A DNA stretch of 24,178 nt from an uncultured virus (IMG/VR IMGVR_UViG_3300031994_000060) (Duplodnaviria; Heunggongvirae; Uroviricota; Caudoviricetes). Shown here one piece after another: positions 1 through 12,519 of the stretch. Positions within the stretch are counted from its first letter, which is position 1. Every line of letters starts with the position of its first letter. The translations under genes and the position numbers were made by a program. The stretch lies in the IMG/VR virus record IMGVR_UViG_3300031994_000060; one strand, 5' to 3'. Under the pieces are notes generated by a model. It was not told the origin of the DNA, made no database searches, and saw only the letters and a list, made by a program, of their open reading frames with translations.

Positions 1-3000
1 ACCAATCCTTTCAAATCATTGTAATATTCTTTTGGAATTCCTCATCTGTTATTATATCAGAACTTTTTACTGAATATACATTTGAATTTCATAAATCTAT
101 ATCAAATGAGAATTCTCTATTAGTAAGAACTGTTTGAGATTCTGGATAGAATGGTTGTGTAGAGAAAGTTACAGTAAAGTTGTTTCATTCACGAACAATC
201 TTTCAAGTATCCCTAAGCTCTAATAAAACATCTTGTGTCATCCATGAGAAATCAGAAACCAACCCTCAACCATATACATATTGGTTTAGATCTTCTGCTG
301 ATTTCATTACACTAGATTTGTTTATTGCTTCATATAAATCATTGAAGCTAGCTCTAGTTCCATCAGCAAAATCACTTTTGATTTCTCATAAGAATGCTCA
401 ACGTCATACAAGACTTCTTGAAGTTCAAACTTTTAAGTCTTTATCTGACATTCATTCATATTGTTTTAATATTGATAATGTGGCGTCAGAGAATGTATCT
501 CAGAATCTTAAACTGTTTTTAGCTGGATCATATCTTTCAAAGAAGTCTTTAGCTTCTGGTGATAATAGACTATAATCTAATCAAGCATTACTAGCATTAA
601 GATCTATTGTTATATCTCAGTAGTCCACTCTTCATTCATAGATATCTTCAAATAATTCCATAGCATTAGTATCTGAGAATAACAACTTCATCTTTTCCCA
701 AAGATCATTGAAGAATGCTATTACATCATTACTTAATCATAGTGCTTCATTGTATCTATTATTAACATATTCTCAGAATCTTTCTGCTAACCATTCTTCA
801 GTAATCTGTGTTTGATATGCTTTCTCATCTTCAGCTCTTAGCTCAGCATAGATTTCGTCATATCATCTAGAACTAGCAAAAGATTCTATCTGATCCTTAT
901 GCCTATAATAAGTATTCTCATATAAATCAGCTATTCTTTTTTTAGTCCATTTCTTATCATGCATTAGTGATATAGCTTCATGGAACCATTCATGTCATAG
1001 AGTTCAAGATAATACAAGATCAGGATTAATTACAATAGCATGTAATTCTCTAACATGTGCGGCATTAGCTCTTCAACTCATAATATCTTGAGCTGCTGCA
1101 TCAATCTGTTCTTTATATATTATCTGTTCTTGTTCAGTAAATCATCTAGTTCTAATTTCTCAAGTTCTTCTATCAACTTCTATTATTCTTTGACTAGGTA
1201 ATCTTCTTGAGATATCATTTATTCTTGCAGTAACTTCTCTCTGAGATAAAGGTCTTTCATTCATAACTCATACCTCATTTCATGAAGCTTTTGCTTTAGC
1301 TAATGCATCAAATTCTTCTTCTGTTAAGTCTCAAAGTTTTCTTTGATTCTTATATGCAAACTCTTCTTCTCGTCTTCTATCATATTGTTCTAGTTCATAC
1401 TTCTTAGAATATGCAGCTTTTCTTCATGCTTCGTCTCATTCAAAAGAAGCCTTATTAATTTCTTCTTGAGCTTGTGCTAAAAGATTATCAACTTCGGATT
1501 TCTGGTATTCAGAAATCTTTTCTTGGATTTGGCTTGTAGCTTTTGTAGTCTTCTTCTTATATTTCTTTAAGGCTCATTTTCTTTCTAGCTCTCATAATTT
1601 ATTATTTAATTCTCAAATACGTTTTAGATCAGCAGCAGTATCTGTCAACTTTTCCATTTCTATAATACTCTTAGATAATGCTTTTAATATTCCTTTATAA
1701 ATTTCTGGATGATCTAAAACATCTTGAAGTAATTGTTCTTCTGTCCAATCCATAAGTCATTTTCTTTTAGCCCAATCAACAAGCAATTCTTTTTCTCAAT
1801 CAGACATATCAAGAATCTTCTCGTCTTTATATAATGCTAACAAGATATTATCTCTTCTGTTCCTTAATCTTTTTATCTTGGCATCCTCTAATCTTTGTGG
1901 TTCTTTTCAGAACATTGAATATCAATAGATATTGATAAGATCATTATCATTAGTAATAACCTTATTCTCTCAATACATAATATTCTTAATCTCCAGTTCA
2001 GAAGGAGTAAATTTTCAAGAATCAGGATTCTTTATTCTATCTATTGTTCTAATGATTTGAGCATCTGTAAGTTGTGTATCTGGATATTGATTAATATAAT
2101 TCTTAGCTCTTGATACATAATCTTCACCAACACCTAATTGTTTAGCAACATCTCTCCATGATCAAGATCTAATAGGAATATATCTTCAGAATTTATCATT
2201 TCTGAATTCATCTATTTTATTATTAAGATATCTTTCAGGAGTCATACCAGGAGTAGATCTTAGTTTGTGATACATATCTGCTGGCATCTCTACACCATAA
2301 AGTTCTTTATAAATTTCTTTATAATAGATATCTTCATCAGGTACATCAACCTTTACTTTAACTTCGTAATATCTATCTTCTATAATTTTATTACCTCTTT
2401 CTATATCAGCATCATCTAAGAATTCTACTCTCTTAGCATATTGTCTAGTTTTAGAATCTGTAAGATATGCTTTTACTTTAGTATCACCAATAGAAATTAC
2501 ACCAACAGGTTTTGGATCGTTAGCTCTATATAAGTTATAGATTCAACCATCAGTTGTTTCATAATGGAATGCTTCTACTGTTCCATCTTCTCTAGTAAAT
2601 AATACTGTTCCTTGAGGATGTGTTTCTTTAAATACTTTACTATCTCAGAATTTATACTGATCTACTTTTCATTCATATTTTCATTGTTTATCAAAGATAG
2701 GGGTTTTTACTTTATATGAAGGAATTCTAAATACATCTTCTCTTTGAAGATCAATAGCTATTCAATCATTTGTGATATTGATTCTTCTATTTGTCATCAT
2801 GGCTGTTAGAAGATTTTGTTTATCAACAGGTGATAAAGTCTTATCTCTCATAACATAATTGAAATAACTTTCAGGAACTCTATCAGTATATCCTGGAATA
2901 AGTTCTCTAAATCCAGCATAAGAAGTTTGTCACTTTCTTATATAGATACTGAAATTACTCCATTGTTCCCATGTAGTAGTTCTTTCTGCTATCTCTTGTC

Positions 3001-6000
3001 AAGTCCTAATAGTATCTCTTGTAACAACAGTATCATTCCTAAATGTTTTATCAAGATCAGTATTAAATACTTTTAATTCAGTTTTTCATTTAACTACCTC
3101 AAAATCTACGCTCTTTCAAGATCAAGCTAAATCTCATAGTAGTTGGATACTTAATACTCTACTGTTAGGATAGATATCTTCTGGTAAATATTTTCATCAA
3201 TACTTTTTTAGTTTAGAGAAATCAACATCTGCTGTTGTAGTAATAGTAGCAATATGGATTTCATTGCTATCATATACATGATATACTACTGTTCCATCAG
3301 ATGTATCTACTCATTGTCTTTCATATGTAGCTTTTATAACTCATTCCTCATTTCTATTAAATGGAGTTATAATATGATCCTTATCTGCATGAACTTTTAC
3401 AATAGCATTTCAATCTTCTTTATTTACTTTAAGATAGATTTCTCATTCATTACCGAAAATCTTTTTCTCTTCATAAGTATCATTGAAAACATTTCTACCT
3501 AAAGCTCTTTCCTTAGTTCATTTACCACTATCATCTATACCATAGATATGACTACCTTTTCAAATCTTTCAATCCAAATCTCATTCGATAGCTAAGATAT
3601 TTCAATTCTTATCAACCCTTCTCCAATTTCTTAACTTCATTTCAGCTTCTTCTTTTGTAAGTCAGACATTGATATCATTGATAATATCTTCATACAAATT
3701 TATTCACATATATTTAAGATCAGGATTTCATCACTTTGCAGGATCCTTAGCATCTTCAAAAGATTTATATATAAGCCAATTACTTTCATCTTTAGGTCAA
3801 TTCAATACGAAATCAGCAACATGATTAGCTCTAGCTTCTGATACAAGCTTAGCATCATATGCTCTTCAGAATTCCTTTATTGCTGATACTAATTCTTTAT
3901 ATGAAATATCTGCTATTGTTTTATTTTTAAATCTTTCTTTTAAGAAATATTGGAATGTATTAAACACAGTAGGTCACATAAGTTTTAGTCACTCATATAA
4001 TGCTCATTTGTTTAGATACTTATTCTCAATAAAATTATTAACATATCTTGCTAAGTGTCTACTCATCCATCCATCACCAGCCTCATCAATAGGTCATTTT
4101 CCCATAAATGTTTCTTTAGTTTTTGGAGCATTAAGTAAATCATACTTATATAGATTTAATCTAATAAGCCTATTCTTAAGAAGATCTTCTCTAATCTTTT
4201 TTATATTCTCTTTACCTGCAGGTGTAAAATGTCGTTTATGATCTTTTACATCTTGTTCTATCCGTCATGCTTTAGAATATTTATCCTTATATTTTTTTAC
4301 TGCTAATTTTAATGTATTGTTCTTAACATACTTTCTTTGTGCTTCAATAAGCTTCTTTACATTACTAAGATTAGTAAAATTATCTAATGTCTCTCATCAG
4401 TACAACTTAGTTCTAGCATTAGATACTTTATTCCAGAAAGCCTTCTCCTCTTTAGGAGTAGCGTCTTTCTTTAGATTCCATTCTAGTGTTTTAGTGGTTT
4501 TACCATCAGGTCATTTAGTGTATTTACTTCTAACTAACCTATTAACACTAGGATCAACAGACTTATTGAATTTTAGTTTTAAAGCTTCATCATTATCTTT
4601 AATAAGTTTCTCTCCAAAATCATCAATTGCTTTTCTAGCTATATCAGACATAGCCTGAACCTTTGAAGTGAATTGTCATTTAGTTACATACTGAGTTTCA
4701 TCTGCTATAAGTCATGTCTCTTCTCTAATCTTAGTTCAGAGTTCTTTGATATCTTGGAGTGACATCTTAGACATCTTATCTTTTACTTCTGCATCAGATA
4801 ATCCTTTTCATGTTTTAGGATCTTTATATACATCTCTATACCACCAAGTAACCCAACCGGCATCTTGTGATTGGAGTTTTGTTAATCATAAAGAGTTATT
4901 AAACTGTTTTGCTCTAATCCATCCTGAAAACATTCATCAAAAGATATCCATAACGAGATCAGAATATTGATAATCATAAGGAGTCATTCATTGGAATGTT
5001 GCACTTGTTAATGCTTCTTCTGCTAACCAACGTCATAGATTCTCTAAACGTAATTCTCGTTTATCTTTAGTAGTTAAATTCTTTAATCATTCCTTAGCGT
5101 CTTTTCTTCTTTCTGCTATTCACTTAAAGAATCTCTTAGTTGCATCACTAACTCTTTTAAAGTATGTTCAAGAATCAACTAATCATTTAATCTTCTCTTG
5201 TTCTGTTATAATCTTTTCACCAGCATCAGCCAATTTCTCTCAAGCACTAGCAACCTTCTCTGTATTCTTAGCGAGCTTATCTATTTTACTTCACTTAGAA
5301 ATTACAGTTCACAGGTTTTTAAGTTCGGCTGTTTTTACTGGTAAATCAACAGCTTTTGCTTCAATAAATGCTGTAATAAGATCATCGATTACTGATTCTT
5401 TATTTCAGATATAGTTACCAACTTTAGCATACCATGGCATCTGTTGATATACTGGATGTACTCTTTGTTTTAAATCGAATATAGAAGAGTTCTGTGCTCC
5501 ATAGAAATAAGCATTAATATCATCCAACGTAGGCATATTAGTATTTCAGCTCTTATCCCATAATGAAGATAATCATTGTGCAGTAGCTTCTGTTGTTCAT
5601 GCTACTTGTCATGCTAATGATGATACTTTACCTCACAATATAGCACTAGCATATGGTAATGTATTCACTTCTGCCAATGTCCATTCTTTTAATAATTCTG
5701 GAATAGATGAAGAATTTACAACATTACCTCAGTGATCTAAAACTTTCTTAGCCCATATAAGTTGGTTTGTTGTATAATAGGTATCTTCTCCTGTACTTCA
5801 GATAGTGTTTACTAAATTAATTAATGTTCTTTCTTTATTTGTAAGCGTTTTACTTTTTAGTAGTTTATCCAAATTCAACCTTAATGGATTTCAGTTTTGT
5901 GTAATTATCTTAGCAATACTCTCTTTAGATTGGTCATGAGTCTCAAGAATATCTCAAACCATATTTATATAAGAACCTTTCTGTTTCATTAAATAGTTTC

Positions 6001-6889
6001 TAAGATTCCTATAATCACTATCATCACCGATGTTAGCCATAAGCTGATCTAGACTTTCGAATGTTAATGCAATAGCTCTATCTTGGAAAGCTGATTCAAG
6101 ATCTCATAATGTTTCATCAAGTGTACTCTCACGTCCTCATGGATTTCTTGAAGCAATATATAGATTCTTAATCATCTGATTAGCTTTCTTCTCTACAAGT
6201 TTTTTAGTGTTTACATTAGAAAAGATACGATTAAATTCATCCTGTGTAATCGTTTCTATTCATGATCAACCTGTGGTTTGTGCTTTAAGGTTTGGATCTT
6301 GGATACCAAATAACTTCTTAACATTTGGTGTTAAGTTTTCTGTAATATAATTAGTATCTACTTTAGTTGCTCAATATTTATTACTCTGAAAATTATCTTC
6401 TCTTATAGAGTCTGGAACAATAAGATTTAATATCGTAGACCTAACTCAATGTGGTCTATCTGCTACTGTATATTTGTCTAGTTCCTCTTTATCATCTTTT
6501 AATAATTGTAATTGTGTAGGAGTTAGTGTATCCTCATTAGCTTTTAAAGTATTGTATTCATTTAATGTATTAAGATATTCTGCTCTAAGTCCATCAGTAT
6601 TCTGAGATACTCAATCTTTCTTTAATCAATACAAAGCTCTATCAACATCTTGTTTATCTTTAGATAAGAATTTACTTGCAAGTCATACAACTCATTCAGC
6701 AATTCAATCTTTAAATCATGATAACCAAGATTCCTCTTCAGCTATTTTATATGTATTTCAGTCGGCTCATACTTTTGTTCATGAACTTTCTTTAGTCTCA
6801 TCTTGGGGTTCGTTTCAAGTCACTTTAGCTCAAATCTTTTTTGCTCAAGTTTTTAACAATCAATTCATGAAGAACTCGACTACTCACAT
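1..6889 (-). CDS. Giant (>2,290 aa, 3'-truncated by window edge) probable virion/ejected polyvalent protein with zincin-like metallopeptidase domain
   Basis: ATG at 6889 (MGVVEFFMNGLLKTGAKKIG with TGA=Gly). The same frame was open at every segment I translated, down to base 2. HEWFH at 994-980, followed by EEWLAERF and FFNDLWEKMKLLF...LFEDIYEGR, the typical MPTase signature of large phage proteins. Lys/Glu coiled-coil region at about 1300-1700. Confidence 0.85.
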
Positions 6890-6919
6890 GCTATTTTATT
6901 TTGGAATGTAAATGCAGCA

Positions 6920-9241
6920 TTAATACCAGAACGCATTATCTACTACCTCATATCTTGGTTGTGGTCTAGTATCTTGTAGTAATCCTCTAGGATCTTTAGA
7001 TTCCTGCTGTTGCATTGCATATTCCGTAAAGTTATCTACTTCAAATTTATTATGTGATAATCCTAAATGAGTCCAGAATGTCCAAAGACACATAAGCAAA
7101 CAATCTACGAAGTCGTCATGTCATGTCGCTCATTTATATTTAGACTTATTTGTATATTCATTCTTGAACTCAACAAAGTTACCAAGCTGCTCTATAAGTT
7201 GTTTACAATCATTATCCCAGATCTCAACCATTCAGTTATCGAACATCGTCTGTGCTGCTTCCACCATAAGCTTCTTAGGAACACGTTCCTCTGATGGTCT
7301 AGCTCATTTCCTAACATTATCTCCTCATGTCCAGAAATAGAGATATTGGAAGAAGATCCTTTGTCACCACATCACATCAACTACTGCTGGATGTGTAGAG
7401 TCCATAACTTTTAGGATAGGACAGTTATGCATCTTAAGCTCTTCAATAGCCTGTTTAAGTAGTTCGGCTTGCGGAATAAACGAAGATTTATCTTTGAAGT
7501 TAAGTGATCGTTCTTTACGAACAATTACTTTATTTCTCGATTCATCATATCCTGTAGCCAATACGGCTGAAGTATCAGCTGTCTGAGCTGGATCATAAGC
7601 TAGAACTATTCTTTTGAAGTTCGGCTTGATAATCTGTTGGGCATCTCATACACCACTAACAAAATGAGGCTGAGGATCTTGAACAAATCTTACTGGCTGG
7701 ATATATGGCTTGAAGTTCAACACCGCTTGAGATTCGGTAGATCTACAATAAAGCTCACGCATATATCTATCAGGATCATCTGCTAGATTTTTCTTAACCA
7801 TATCTTTATTGATAATCACTTCCACATCGTCAATAGTGTACCTCAATCCCGCACATTCATCAGGGATTATTCAAGTACGCTCTTTCTCTTTTCGTAGTGT
7901 AATGATATGTTGATCAATGTCAATAATTTTTGAGCTTTCTTTTTCGTATTCATTACAGAGTTTTACTGGCCAATCATATATTCTATCAACTCATTCTTCG
8001 TCTTCAGAATAGAATGTAGAGATTACAAGTAATCTCGCTCATTCGTTATCAACGATCGGCATAATCTTATCAACAATTCTTTTAGGGATCAACAACGCCT
8101 CGTCGATAATCACAGCATCTGCTGCATCACCGACTGCTGGAAGTTTTCAGAGTGCTGAATAGAATTTGGTTTGTGCCAAAACTCTTTTCTTACCTTGTGC
8201 ATCATAGGTGATGAGTGATAAGATATGGTTAGCTGAATCGTAATTCATCATCTGTTTAAGCCAATCAAATTCGTTAGTTAATGCACTTACATAGTCCATC
8301 ACTTGTCATACCGCATCAAAATCTTTTGATAAGAAAATTACAGAACGAGGTCTGGTTCCGGCTTTATAGTTGTGTGCCAACATCTCTTTCAAGATCTCCT
8401 GAGATATCAAAAACGTTTTTCAACTACGTCTCGGTGCTAATACAACTGTCCTTCTTCACATACGCTTTGAGACGTCGGATTGTCGCCGCTGGTTGAGAGT
8501 TGATCTCTGATGGTATTTATATTTAGGGTTGGCATTCCATTCCTCTAATGCACGATTCAGCATTTGGTAACGGAGTGCGGCAGTATAGTTATCTTTTACT
8601 GTAACGTTTAAATCGTATTTAGGAAAATAGAAATCGTAGTCTTGACCTACTTGAAAGTCTTGGGCTTGTGAATTAGCTTTAGGCTTGAATACGATATGGT
8701 CATGCTGAGCATATCACATGATTGATTCTTTCATCATGATCAATTCCCCGTCCATCCCCATAGACTGTTGTTTGAGTTCTGAAGATCTTCTGATTGCTTC
8801 TTCTACAACATCAGGGTCTTCCGACTGAAGCTGTTCTTCGATTTCCTCTTGGATAGCTACGATAGGTTTCTGGCATATAAGATACAATTCTTCACCTCAA
8901 GTAGAATTTACATAGATATCATAATTCTCAGTTAGTGCTTTATGAGCTCAGAGCGTATAGTCAGATATGAAACCTAGATTAGATAGTTCGATAACTTTCT
9001 CATACCGAGAGAGTGTTATATTCTTTCGGTGTGGATCGTTTTCTGCATCTTCGTGTGTGACATCGTAGAACGGGAATTTGAATTCATATGGTACTCAATA
9101 GAGATTAGGTATGACAAAAGTCCTGAAGTCAGGATTCTCTTTCTTGAACTTCAAGGCGGCTTGTCCATCGAGCACATCGTTCAGATTAGTACCGTCATAG
9201 ACTAATCATTTAGTGTAATCTCTAGTTAGGTATCAAAGCAT
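6920..9241 (-). CDS. terL: Terminase large subunit (773 aa) with long N-terminal extension
   Basis: With TGA=Gly: Walker A VLAPRRS[TGA]KT (TGA at 8422-8420), Walker B AVIIDEA, coupling motif LLVIST, RNase H-like nuclease VLAYDPAQTADTSAV and C-terminal GHDDFVDCL. Joins the supplied fragments 7364-7561 and 7646-7846. Confidence 0.93.
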
Positions 9242-9725
9242 TCTCTTGGGTTACTGTTTTAGATTCTTCATATAAATCAGCAAGACAACGTCAACAGTTG
9301 GCTGGTCAGACTCACATCGCCGTCCCTAAAAACTGATAAACCAGCTTTCTAAGCTGTGTCACTACCGTCTCGTTCTGGAATGTCGGGTCGGCATTACGGC
9401 ATTCTTCGGCTGCCGTCAAGGCTACAGCATAGTGCTTGAACTGACACCAGTAGTCGTTGTCGATTTTATAGCGTTCGAAAAAATTACGCTGCAAGTCTCT
9501 ACGGAGGTCGTAGAGTTCTTGGCGTTCTTTGTTAGCTTGGACAATCTCTTTACGGATGTCTTCGCGCATAGTATCTTTCTCGTCTTGCGTGGCGTCGATC
9601 TCAGGAACGTTGTCGTGTTCCTCCATGAGATTCATGATCTGCTCTTCTTTGTGATCAGCCAGAGCAATTAGATTACCTATCGCTAATAGGTAATCTAAGG
9701 CTGCGTTACGTGAGGTTTGTTGCAT
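9222..9725 (-). CDS. 167-aa hypothetical protein with YWCQFKH and NCGRC motifs, overlapping the terL start
   Basis: Supplied ORF 9312-9725 extends through three TGA codons (AMGVGPANCGRCLADLYEE...) to TAG at 9224-9222. Confidence 0.85.
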
Positions 9726-9748
9726 CGTGTTATGTTTATTATTATAAA

Positions 9749-10738
9749 TTATAATGATATTCTATTCTTTATTTTATTATATTCCTGTACTTCATGGATA
9801 TCTGGAGTTCATCAATTTAACCCCATAGTTTTAGCATAATCATTAAAGTTATTAACTCATAACTTATCTAGAGCTTTTCTTTGTTCATAATACCATTGAG
9901 TTGATCCTCAATATTTCTTAGCTTCAGCCCTAAGCTGTTCAGCAGTCATTCATAAATCATTAGCCCATTTAGATTCATTTGTACGAATTGCTTTGCTATG
10001 TGGTGTTAGAGCTTCATCTAAAAACTTTTGGTTAGAAGCTTTTAAACGATCTCAGTATGTCCACTTTCTATATGGAACTCATAATTGAGATGCCATGTCT
10101 GGAGTGAGCTTCTGTTTTAGAGAATTGTCATAAGAGAACATAGGATGCAAAGGTGTTGTTGTATCTCAGTCTTTTGTCACAGAGAAATTAACTTCTGCGG
10201 CATTTGTTTTATATTTAGCCATTCCAGGATTCTCAGCAGCATACGCTCTTTGTTGATATGCTGGAACTTCACGACTCTGATTATACATCCTCTTTGAAAG
10301 ATTGTTATTTATTTCCACATGCTTAGTAACGTAATCCCTTGCTTCTTTTGCAACAGCATTTTGTTTCGCAGGAGTATCCGCTTTATTAACTTTATCTAAT
10401 ATAGCCTTCCATCATTTCTGTGCTGCCTTAGGGAGTTGCTTGGCTAGCTCTCAGATACCTACTAATGCAGCCGCGTTATCTACTCATACTGGTAGTCATT
10501 CTCATATAGCATATGCTATTGAGTCGGCCTGCTTAGGCTGTTGCATCTCTCATTTTAATTGAGAAGCTGCTTTATCTATATTCTCTCTGATCTTAGTTGA
10601 GTCTTTACCAGCTAATGCGGCTGTACCTCCAGCTATTCATTTGACGGCTGTTGATCAAATATCTACTATTGGATCTAAAATTACAGATTTAGTTCAGTTG
10701 GCTACTCAGTTGAGGAAGTTGGTTACGGCGTTTGCCAT
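9749..10738 (-). CDS. 329-aa hypothetical protein, Ala/Gly-rich amphipathic N-terminus (possible virion/pilot-like protein)
   Basis: ATG at 10738: MANAVTNFLNGVANGTKSVILDPIVDIGSTAVKGIAGGTAALAGK..., open with TGA=Gly to TAA at 9751-9749. Function inferred from composition and position only. Confidence 0.82.
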
Positions 10739-10939
10739 GGTTGATTTTGTATTGATGTAAAAGGCACCGTGTATATGTGAGAATAAAAATTACAAAGGCA
10801 GGTGTATGAAAGGACAAAGGTTGTGTATGCAAGGAAAAGCACCTGCCGATTTCGAAATTAGCATAATGGCGCATGAAAGGGACAAAACAAAACAGAAACC
10901 CGCCTAGCCGTTACCGGTTTAGGACACCATTACAACTAA

Positions 10940-10967
10940 AGAATAGAAAATTACATAAGAATGTCAA
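10940..10967 (-). promoter_or_regulatory. Candidate sigma70 promoter for the leftward packaging/virion operon
   Basis: Minus strand TTGACA-16 nt-TATTCT, about 200 nt upstream of the ATG at 10738. Confidence 0.5.
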
Positions 10968-11378
10968 GAGAAAATGGGCGCCTTTAGGGAGTGGGTTTTG
11001 GAGGCCGGTTTGGAACTGGGGGGCTAGTTTATCATTTCTTACATACATTGGGGGTTCTACTACTAACTACCTATCTAATATATATATAATAATATATGCG
11101 ATAGCATATGAGAACTGGAACTATAATAAAAATCGGTATGTAAAAATTTATAGATCTACGGAAAAGGTGGGGCGAAGCCCCACACCCAAAATGATTTCGA
11201 TCTACTTAGGAGAAATACTTAAGAGTACAAATGAGGGTCGGCGGAGAGAGATTCCGCCGAAATGAAATTTGCTTAGGGAACCTCTTTGGTTCCCCTGCCC
11301 TCCAGCCAAAAGAAACTAGACTAGAATAGGCAGACTATAACGACGACGGCGACACGGTTAGAGTACCGGATGACTCCT

Positions 11379-11489
11379 ATGAAAGTAAGGAGTAATGTCT
11401 ATGTAATTATTGCTATCACACTGATAGCCGTCTTTGTTATTGCTAACAAAGTATGTCAAGCCTTTGCTTATCGCTATCAAAGTAAGTAG
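11379..11489 (+). CDS. Candidate 36-aa single-transmembrane peptide
   Basis: MKVRSNVYVIIAITLIAVFVIANKVCQAFAYRYQSK. The ATG lies in the loop of hairpin ACTCCT-ATGAAAGTA-AGGAGT. Confidence 0.35.
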   Translation: MKVRSNVYVIIAITLIAVFVIANKVCQAFAYRYQSK

Positions 11490-11504
11490 AAAAAGTATTT
11501 AGTG

Positions 11505-11532
11505 TTGAAAGTCTAAAAAAATATTATATAAT
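11505..11532 (+). promoter_or_regulatory. Candidate sigma70 promoter upstream of the 11711 gene
   Basis: TTGAAA-16 nt-TATAAT. The AT-rich context raises the chance of a random match. Confidence 0.45.
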
Positions 11533-11710
11533 AAATATTGAAAATGTCTAGTATGAAAATAAAAAAAACATTGCTTTAATTTGCAATTAATGAGGAAAAG
11601 AATATAAATAGGTATGCAAGAAAAGGACAAGGGAGATTTAACTTGCTAATAGCACTTAGCCCTTAGACTTGCTACCTTAAAAACTTTTAACTTTTAAACA
11701 ACTAACAACA

Positions 11711-12283
11711 ATGGCTATCGACTTAAACACAGTAAATCCTATCGCCTTTACAGATTGAAAGGAAATTTTAACCGCCTCAAATGGAAGTTTTTATTTAAAC
11801 AATAGACCAGATGGAAACGGACAAATAGAGGGAGTAATTACTTTTTGTTATAATAAGAAACCAAACGAGGAACTAATAAGAACAGAAGAGGGAAACCTTG
11901 AAGAGCTAAACAGGGAACTAAACAACCTCTTAAAACTTGGAGCAGATAATTTAGAACTAAGAGCACAAAGAAACAAGATAAGACACAAAGAAGACTTTTT
12001 GAAAATGATAAGGAGCGATAGAGCTTGGAGCGATTACGAATGTTATGGAATAAATGATATTGAAACACTAAACAGCCGAAGACAATTGGCACTATCTTGT
12101 AAAAAAAATAATGTATGGAGTATAGCATACAAGACAGGAGCACGTTTCGACTTTTGAAATGGAGAGCCTTGAAATTATAATGAAGATATTAATTTTGAGG
12201 AAGATGGTTATTTATTGACTAAGCGGGAACGAAGATACACTTGAAAGGAGAAACAAGAACCAAACGAGAGAAAGGACAATTAA
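11711..12283 (+). CDS. 190-aa hypothetical protein, paralog A of 14115-14639
   Basis: MAIDLNTVNPIAFTDGKEILTASNGSF...YNKKPNEELIRTEEGNLEELNREL...; open with TGA=Gly and aligns end to end with 14115-14639. Confidence 0.9.
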
Positions 12284-12295
12284 GTCCTTTCTCTT
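12266..12295 (+). terminator. Stem-loop overlapping the stop codon, probable intrinsic terminator
   Basis: GAGAGAAAGGAC-aattaa-GTCCTTTCTCTT. Confidence 0.55.
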
Positions 12296-12329
12296 AAAAG
12301 CCACTTTACATCTTAATATAGAAATTACA

Positions 12330-12494
12330 ATGCAGAGAATAATGAAAGACAACAAAGCAAAGAGCAGGAACCCTATGAAAGACACAATACCAGCCGCCCC
12401 TAAGGGGAAAAAAATGTGAAGTAAAAAGAGATTTACAAGACAACTACCACCGCCAGAGCTTGAAGATATATTATGCTGATACAGAAAAGCCTAG
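12330..12494 (+). CDS. 54-aa basic hypothetical protein
   Basis: MQRIMKDNKAKSRNPMKDTIPAAPKGKKMGSKKRFTRQLPPPELEDILCGYRKA; ends within a terminator hairpin. Confidence 0.6.
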
Positions 12495-12513
12495 TCATTC
12501 ACTAGGTTTTTTT
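12485..12513 (+). terminator. Rho-independent terminator, possibly bidirectional
   Basis: AAAAGCCTAGT-cattc-ACTAGGTTTTTTT. Confidence 0.7.
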
Positions 12514-12519
12514 AATATC

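Noticed and set aside
3560..3600. GDLDG in the giant protein as an RNA polymerase catalytic motif
   Set aside because: It reads GDLDGK and lacks the third Asp of DxDxD.
180..9671. Plus-strand ORFs in the supplied track (180, 3254, 4008, 4317, 4746, 7067, 8281, 9432)
   Set aside because: They are antisense shadows of long minus-strand genes revealed by TGA=Gly.
10873..11265. 130-aa plus-strand ORF
   Set aside because: It runs through promoters, TA repeats and GC hairpins, and its composition and start context are unlike real genes here.
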